A stretch of DNA of 64,000 nucleotides, taken from the NCBI GenBank assembly GCA_030141605.1, contig JAQGDQ010000331.1, positions 186,001 through 250,000 of the forward strand, given 5' to 3'. The stretch comes from Tubiluchus corallicola. Lineage: Eukaryota; Animalia; Priapulida. Below, piece after piece: positions 55,045 to 64,000 of the stretch; positions within the stretch are counted from its first letter, which is position 1, and each line of letters starts with the position of its first letter. The notes below the pieces were generated by a model. It worked only from the letters and a program-made list of their open reading frames with translations. It had not been told where the DNA came from and made no database searches. The translations under genes and the position numbers were made by a program.

Positions 55045-58000
55045 GTTATCGGACGGTTTTATTTAGAAACTTAATTTTAACTGTAAATGTTGTAAATTTC
55101 ACCTTCCCATTTATATATCACACAACTGTATTCAAATCTCAAGGTTTTGCTAATTATTAACATTTCACATTGTAACATGAATTTTTTTCTAACGTAAAAG
55201 GTCAAACAGGTTTTTACATTTTACAGTAAATCCTCGTTTAACGTAATCCATTTAAACTGTAGTCTTAAGTGAATCATTGTCATATGCATCAAAAGCCATG
55301 CTTTCTATACGAAAAATAGTAAATCCATGGATATATGTCCCACAGGCATCTCATTGAGAAATGGATTTCTTAGGTGATACAAATCAAATGTATTACAATT
55401 TTTAGTTGTATGTAGGCTTACACATTACTTTTTAAATGTACAAAGAACTTCGTTATTGTTATGCCAGTGCAGTTATTGCACAACATGCAAAAATAAAAGG
55501 AATTTTTAAGTAACTTATTTTTCGTGGTCTAGAGTAATTTTAATCCCAGGTTGCCAATCTATGTTTTAATTTTCCAGTCTCTTTCCTTGATTAGCCTTTT
55601 CATCACAGCACAGTTTCTATTGTAACTGGTATAGAGATATTTTATGAAAAAGAACAGTTGCTACAACTGCAGACTACAGATTACTGCAAACTTTTTCTAT
55701 ATTACCATCAGTTTTATTGTCAAAACTATCATTGTACTCCACCATAGCAGTTGATACCCTATTCCTCCATAATTTTAACTGCTGTCATCACCACTGCTTT
55801 CCGTCACCACCATCACAAGTACCTCCATGTTCAGCAGCAAGAGCTTCATCACGTCATTTCAGCAGTAGTTTTGTTTTGTGTAGTTCAAAGCATCTTGCAA
55901 AATATAGGATAGAAGATGAGTCACAACACAGCAGACTGTAGCACGTTCAGTAATAACAGCAGTCTTCCCAAGTTTTGCCCATTTTTTGGCCATCGGGCTA
56001 ACAGAGGATAGCACCACGCTTTATTTTCAAAGTGCGCCTGGCATGTGCTGGTATCATTTGTACTGGCGCACGTGTCAATTAATTTGTATAATTATCAAGT
56101 ATGACGGTTCAAGCTACCGGCCAATCAGAATGACATTTTCATGACGGGAGATTCTGCTCATGCTGGGCAGTGAAGTCCTGTAGCAACTGGTGTAGGCCTA
56201 TGCTTCAAGTAGGTAGTAATTAAATAGATGTATAAAATTAACAAGCTGTGCTTTAGGCTGCCTCGCTGTGCAAATGACACCTCCTCTTAACAGCTCGATA
56301 GAGAGATTAGTGTCAGCATCTATGTCAGGAAACAGAAACATAAGGTTTGTTTGTTTTTAACGGCCATTTTAGAACATAATAAATGCAGCAAGTAATAGCA
56401 CTTTATTTAAGATAAAAATTCATTAAGGTTTAATGCTTTAAGGTATGTAAAACATTAATTCACTAAAATGAAACATTTGTTTATAAGTGAGGCAACAGTG
56501 GCAAAATAGGTAGTAATTTATGTATATCGTTTCTAAGTGACAAACTGGCGATATAGCTTTTATTTAGTATTACACCACCTTCCTTTATAGTTCATTACCA
56601 CTTTTAGCAGATATCAGGCTGGAAATCGTATTAATATGGTATCTTAAATTAAGTAGTGCCATTTATTAGCAAGAGAGAAGCACCTTTAAAATGGGTCGGT
56701 TAAACTAGGTCGTAGGGTGTGTCGTATGAAAACGATTTTATAATTTTTATTGCCTCCTTCGGTAAATGAATTGTCTAGTTGCTAACTTCTTACAGTTTGT
56801 CTGATATAGACTGTAGACTTCTTATGAATAATTCCATTTATGCTATAGTACATTTTACTTATGTTATCGTATATTATCGTAAGCTAATATACTTTGTATG
56901 ATATAATTCGTTGTTTTAATATGCTTTGTATAATATAATTTAATTCGTTATTTTAAAGGAAAGGTAATATGTTTTTACCATTAAATTTTAGCGAGCTACT
57001 TCGATAATTTACTTTGAGGGCAATATGCGTGGCAGTACCTTACAATTTTCACACTCGCACCGAATATACTAAAAATGGGAAACGTAAAATTCTACAAAGC
57101 TTACATTCATTCACCTGCAAAACAAAGCAATCATCAGTGAAATCTGTCGATGAGCCAATGGAGCAAATCAGAAACTCTCGAGACGCCACACATTTGTGCA
57201 ATTGAACCAGCTACTTGTTCCTGTGCTTCAAAATAGCACCTAGTGCTCATTATGCGTCTGGAAAGTGTGTGTAAGCTATGCACTTTGTAATGCAGTATGC
57301 AATGGCTTCGTAATGTAGATCGTACATCACAATATAGTAGGGGATGAAAAAAAAGATATTTCGTTATCGTTACAGTATGGTGTATTTTAAGAATTCCACG
57401 ATCTTTACTTTTAATGTGAAGGATAAAATGCCGTAAAAGTGAATTTAAAGTCTATAAAATACTACATGTCATGTTCGTTTAAGTTCGAATTACGTACGTA
57501 AAACATTCTGCGTGGATTATTTGATGTAGCTATCTTACTTCTTAACTATATTTTTTTATTTTTGAATTAGCTTGTGGTTATATCAAAGTTAAATGCACTT
57601 CTGCTCGGTCATAAACAGTGGCAGCTGTTTTCTACTTTTTCAATGACTTGAAGTAGCAGTGAATTGAAGTATCAATTGCTCCAGCAATTTTGTAATTCAA
57701 GTATTAAAGTATCTTTAATTTGACCGCCAAGTCATAGTAAGTTTCCTATGTAAGATATGAATAAAAATCAAGAAGCTACGCGTTTCATTTTTTTGTAGAA
57801 TATGGAGAGAGATTTGGAATTGTCCATTATTTTAATAACTGATCGGTAAGAGGGACAGACACAGACTAAGGGTATGCATTGACTGCGGCCCTTTTAAATG
57901 TTTTAGGTGCGCCATTGCCGTGCCCGTCGACTGTGGCAAAATTTAGCGCTAGCGAATGCAAGAAAAGTCGTATGAAGTTATTTTAATGATCGAAAGATTG

Positions 58001-61000
58001 GTCTCATGCGCATACTTCAGTGACTGCCTCGAATGACTTCGTTGCGATACTAACGCTGGATTAGTTTTATTAGCCATACCGATTCTGGCTATTTCGTTCA
58101 TACAGTTCGGATGTGTTACATGCGAACGTGTCTGGTCGAGACACCTCTATTGGTTCATTGGCTCATTTTAGAAGTTTACCCTAAAATGATGAACTAAATG
58201 CCAGTCACACCCTAATCATCTCGTAGGGATTGGAGTGGGTCCTACCTTTCAATGGTGGATTCTAGCTTGTAGTTTGCCGAAGTGTATAAAAAATACGCTT
58301 GTGCGCCGCGCTTTCATCTATGGCAGTTCAGAAAAGTCATCTCCGTAAAGGACCGTACTTCGTACAAGAAAATGCCCAAAGTAAACGTAAAAGCCAGATA
58401 TTTAAACAGTGACTTACTATATATGAATAAATATAAAATTTATTGCTTAAACGTGTAATCATGATGGTCAGCAATGCCCAAACGTTCCAGGTAACGTGCC
58501 CGCAGTGTGTATTGTTTAATTACTATGCATAGTTCATAACCCATAAAAATCCGGGTCATATTGAATTGATGTCAAACATGTTGGTCTATCGCTCCGCCCC
58601 CGCTGCAACGTAAGCGCGCTCAGCAGTATTCGGGACAACAGCTCACGCAGGCCAACAATTCTCTAAGCTAAACTAAACTAAACAACATGACAGTCACAGC
58701 TAATGTCTAATCAGCAGACAAACTGATTGCTCTTTTTCATAAACACAAATTTGCAGAGCAGCAGTTATTTTAGCACGAAGTTAACACTTCAAGTAGCCAA
58801 AAAATGACTTTTCAATTTAAACAGAATGTAGAGACGAAGTTTCAAGGCACTACAAAATACGAGACACAAATATAATAAAGAAACTAAGCTAATTAGCCTT
58901 GCTTTTAACCATGCGAACATCAAGCCTGCGATGTATTTTTCTGTATTAATTGATCATGTGCCCGTCTGCAAGCTTTATTAAGTTTTGTATTTTTCTGTTT
59001 GTCAGGCTACGGAAATAGAATAAATTTGACTGTTCCATTCCATAGACGACCCTTATATTCAATGCCCGAGTAATGGCATCTTTTAACCTTGATTATAACC
59101 AGAAAAATAGCGTAAAATTAGCTAATATTACATTGATATATAATATAAGTTTTGACCACATTTGAATTAATTTTGACTGTGAAGATCTCATTGAGGTTTA
59201 TAAAAACTGGCCAGAAAAGAAAAGATTTTGTTTTGTCCTTATTTAAAGTTAATCAAATAGTTGTTTTTATCTAAACTTGCAAAGCCACAAACTAAACAAA
59301 CTGCGTATTTTCTTGATTGCAAAATGGTTTAATCAGCAACTCATAAACGCAAGCGTTGTGCATTTCTTCCTATAAACGAAACTAGACTATATATTTCCAC
59401 TAATTCATTTGCAATAATAAAACCTAGAACCAGGCTAATATTTCTCCCGCTAACTAATGAAAGGTTGAGCATTTTTCATAACAGTGTTAGTCGGAGCTGT
59501 AGCTAAATGTCACGAACGTACCTGCTGCAGGGGTGTGTGAATTAACTTGCACGCTGATTGGGCAGTCAACGAAAATGACTGACATTATATTAGACGTCAA
59601 TTGTGATCCTGAACTGAGGAATGTGCAAGTTAGTCGAAGACGCACAATTATACTCTAATCATATATAGTTAGCACATTATTATTAAAAATTATTTTTTGA
59701 CAGGTCGGCATACTGTGATACTTCACGTGTGTCTACTGCGTATACGTGCTCCGTCAACGCGACACGCTGTATGGAAGTGGTCAGAAATGATTTTTAGTGG
59801 TCACCCGACTATTACTAAATAGCCCAGCGTTGCTTAACCACTCCTCTTAAATTTGTACGTGGTACATAATAATCTCAGCTTGATAATAAAGCCTGGTTAG
59901 TATGAAATGATAACAATAATTGCGAAAATGTTCAAATTCAGCTGAATGAAGTAAATCGTGGCCTTTTTTGCAAAAATGGACTCGAAAAAATCTTTTGCGC
60001 ACTACAAACTAGCCAATTCAAATAGTAGGGCATGCCCCCTATTTATTTCAATAAACTTGGCAATGACCGAAAACTGAAAAATTGCCTTAATTATTCATTT
60101 ATACTGTATACATATTTAACAAATCTATAGTAATTAAAATATATACAAAATGAAACGTTTTTTGTCATCTTTGAACATTATTCAGAAGTAAATCAAACTT
60201 ACTTCATTACTATTAGAAAAACTCGAAGTTCACGCCTCAGTTTTCTTAACGCTTTCGTAAGCAATTTTCTCATCGTGTAATAGATAAGGTGCTGACTAAT
60301 TAAATATTTTATAATAATGTACACTTTGCTTGACCTGGTTTCACTGCTTTGGTTCATCAAGGTTATTTATTGTATTTTTCTTGTAAGTTCTAAAGCAGAT
60401 TAAGATGTTTTGAAAATGGTGGATTGACATACCCTGTAGACAGATTAAATCACGATTTTGTTACCCGCACCAACTGATGGATTATTGCTACCTCATTTCA
60501 AGATGCAAGTACAGACAGCGATAGATTACTGCATCATCATTTCAAGATTCAAGCGGAGAAAACTTGCGCTGCCTTATCATCCTACTAAGATTTCTGCAAT
60601 GCCGCTTGTATATATTAAATACATTCTGCGACATAATGCAGAATGTCGCTGAATTTTTTTACAAGCTTTTTGTTTATTATCATCTGCTATGATACTGGAT
60701 AATTCGATAACTAGAATAACCAAGCTAAACACCTAAATGTCCCAACAATTAATGGTATAATGAACAGTCGCGTTGAGTCAAAGAAACAAACGTATATATG
60801 CTGGCCATTGCCACTGATCAGGTTTTTTTGTAGGTCGCTCTGGTTCTGGGTTCTGAGTTAAATTGAATTTTTACGGTTACTCTGCTATATATGGGCAGAT
60901 AGACAACCTAGAATTTTTAAAGGTTCCGAGAAGGGGATACAAAAGTGGTTAACCAGTTTCCTGGCTTTTTACACGTACAAGGCAATGGAAACGCAATTCA

Positions 61001-64000
61001 CACTATGCACTCCTCATTTAGGGGGAGTTATGATTATATATAACCTGATAGGGCTGCCTCCTACAACCGCCGGATCATTCACAGACAAAAAACCTGGAAG
61101 CGGAACCCATGCTCTTTTTTATCGATTGCTAAGCACTCTCACTGTCAGATTTCACATAACTGTCGGGAATGAGTTAATTGCATAAAATTATAAGCGTATT
61201 AGCCATGTCGTTGCTAGAAAATTTCCTCGAGATAATGGACACGAAATGAAATAATCTCATCAAAATGATAAAATATTTTGCTCCTATTTTCAAAAACCTT
61301 TTTAGCTGCTTAAGTTTATAGTCAACCAGCCTGTAAACAAGATTAGTTTACAGGTTGCTGTGTTATGCATGACAGGTCAACTTTCAAGGTTTATGTAATT
61401 ATAAATACAAGTTTTACCTTAGGGCGTGTGTATCAAAAAGGTGACTTTCACTAACCCTTCGCGTACTCACAAAGCTTATAGTAATGAGTAGCTCCTAGTT
61501 GGTTGTTTATTTACTGCGATGTCCCTGGATAAGAAAGTTGGAAAGGTAATGGGAAAAAACAGAGATAACGGACCTACTACTCTCAATAGCCTGAGTTAGT
61601 AAGTCTTATCACTCTAGTAGAGCACTTAAGCATCTTTATTGCTCCATCCCAGATGACCCACATGGAACAGCGCATTTGGTGTGAAGTATTTAGTTTGCCT
61701 TCACTTAAGAGAATGAAAACAGAACAAGATGCAAAAGAAAATGCCACGGTAAATTAATTTTGGATAATTCCAGCTGCCCAGGATGATTCCCAAGCCGAGT
61801 TATAGGCCGGTTAAGTCGGGTGTAACAAGTACTTACAGCTTGGTTAAGGCCATGTCTACACAACGCTCATCCGTTCCTGGTGACCAAGAAATACTCTCTT
61901 TTGATTTTTCTATGCACGTTGGGTGGGATCTTTTTGTATTAACAGTTCAATCTAGAATGACTGCGAAAGCAGCTTAATTCCCTTATCGCCGCGAGCTGTT
62001 TTTATTCTATGCTTAATTCTGTCTAGTTAGTATTTAATTTACCGGAACACGTCGACTTTTCCGATTCGCTCACCATCGTGAATCGCACAGCGATTCCTCT
62101 AACACCGCACTGTGAAAGAATGCATACCTGCGTGAACCCCAAGGCCGGGCTGTCGTAAAAATTAAAATTTAACTTTCTCCGTTTTACCCGCTAGCGATGA
62201 TATGTGGTCTACTTTTCCTGCTGCTGCTTGGGACTCACAGAGCCGTGTAAATTCATGTTTAAATGGAACATGGAGAGAAAATCAGCATCCAACCTGTGAG
62301 CTCTGAGACAGTGAGTGGACTGTTTTCTGCAATTATGTGCATATTGTTACTTGATTGAACGGCACAACGGTTGAATATGCATCTTGTTGTCTTAGCTGCC
62401 TGGATAATAGTCTGTGGTAAGTTTGTCGTGATAATTGTCGTAAGCTGTAAAACTTTCAGAAGTTTATTCAGCAATAAATAAATAAAAATAAAAACCAGTA
62501 AATTGGCCTTTACCGTATTTTATCCTTATTTCGTTTACAAAAAATTATAAACATGATTGAAAAATAAACAGATAAAAGCATCAAAAATTCTATAAAATTT
62601 GGAAAGCAATTTTATTAAAATAAAAGATAGTATCAAAAGTATATAAACAACTGACAGGCAGTTTTTTAATTTTATAAAGCTGACATATTTCTTTTGACTA
62701 ATTATTACCGTAATAATATAAACTTTTTTTACCACGATAAGACCTTGTGAGTTTTTGCAATATACATGCGTTACGTTTCAAACTTGCAACCGCAAAGTTT
62801 GATACGTGAAAAATGAACAAATACAGACATTCCCTCGTTATAACCTGCGTCACGAACTATGTATCTCTCAAGCTACAATATACATATATAGACGAAAAAT
62901 AAAAATATTTTAGCTAGCCTCATAATCATGCAAACGTCCGCTCTGTACGTTGTAAAAATTGTAAAAAGAGCCCATAAATTAATCTCACAGTTTATTTTAC
63001 ACATATCAGATCAAACAATGCCACGCTTTACTTATTACACTTTTAAGGTCAGTATAACATATAATCTTTTTATTACAACAAAACACCGTGTTGTCAACAA
63101 CAAATGAAAGCTTTGATGACCTGCTGAAATCGCAAGTTTCAGAAAAAAAACGTTTCTAGAATAAAATTATAACATTTGATCTTATGTCTAGCTACTTAGA
63201 TTTAGATATCTTTAGATTAATTTTATAGATCAGTGCTCTTGCGTTCGTAAGTACCATGCATGCAGCACACGAACTTCACTTAAAAATATTATAGGAACTG
63301 TTAGTTAGCATTGGAGAAGCCTTCAATTAATAGTTTTTCCATATAAGTCTGCAAGAAGTACTTTCCATAAACTTACAGAATATGTAGGATGTCGCTGAAT
63401 TTACACCATACAGCAAGTATAGCGGTGGTGGTTTAAATATATCCTAACAACATCACATTTTTTTAATAATGACAACTTTTTTTCTTAATCAAGTATAAGA
63501 GACTTAATTTATAATAACGTGCTGTCAGAAATTTAGTTTCTTCAATTTTCCAAAATAGACAGGTGGGGTGTATGCCAGAGCTGGCTGGTCTGGCTATATA
63601 CGCACATCACATAGACGATTACCAATATGTAAAATGTAAAATGGTCCTTGAATAACTATTTACAGTTAACCAGATGCGAGCAAACCATTTATATGGTTGT
63701 ACAGCTGATTTTTAAAATGTCATGCCTTTAAGCGTATACTAGAAACTCATCCTTGAAATCTATTGAATCTTTGAAATCATATGAAAAACGATTGCCAGAT
63801 TTTGATCCATGCGCCACATACATAATATATCCCAAGGGGGCGAAGGCCAACGCAGGCTTTTCAAGCGTGGGTTTTCCGCGTAGTGAAAATCGAAAATAGT
63901 ATTAGTCAAGACATGAGAGGATTTAATATAAATGAAGAAGGCTAAGTGCGTGTATTACCTTTGCACTTTCAATTAGAATGCAAAATGAAGAAATGACTGG

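Noticed and set aside
55700-56000. Small minus-strand gene ending at an AATAAA near 55712
   Set aside because: All frames have early stops and no recognisable product.

Overview
AT-rich animal (invertebrate-like) genomic DNA with spliceosomal introns; most short ORFs in the track are spurious. There are three genes. (1) MOB3 on + (6 coding exons, 3302-6839; the exon carrying the start codon was not located). (2) An unrecognised minus-strand gene (at least 4 phase-compatible exons, 16919-19297) encoding a single-pass membrane protein with an RAKR furin-type site, two diverged copies of a 54-aa domain, a transmembrane helix and a 61-aa tail containing 20 Cys. (3) A complete 19-exon cullin-2 on + (36416-54849, 745 aa), whose first coding intron looks like a U12 (minor-spliceosome) GT-AG intron. 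Intergenic and intronic DNA is rich in transposon remains, often nested: a young intact RTE LINE with a 13-bp TSD inside a dead CR1/L2-type LINE, a mariner inside a hAT remnant, a pogo-type MITE inside a dispersed repeat, a Harbinger-like long-TIR nest, and a hAT MITE. All calls come from manual reading and translation; no database searches were run, and TE boundaries without a TSD are approximate.
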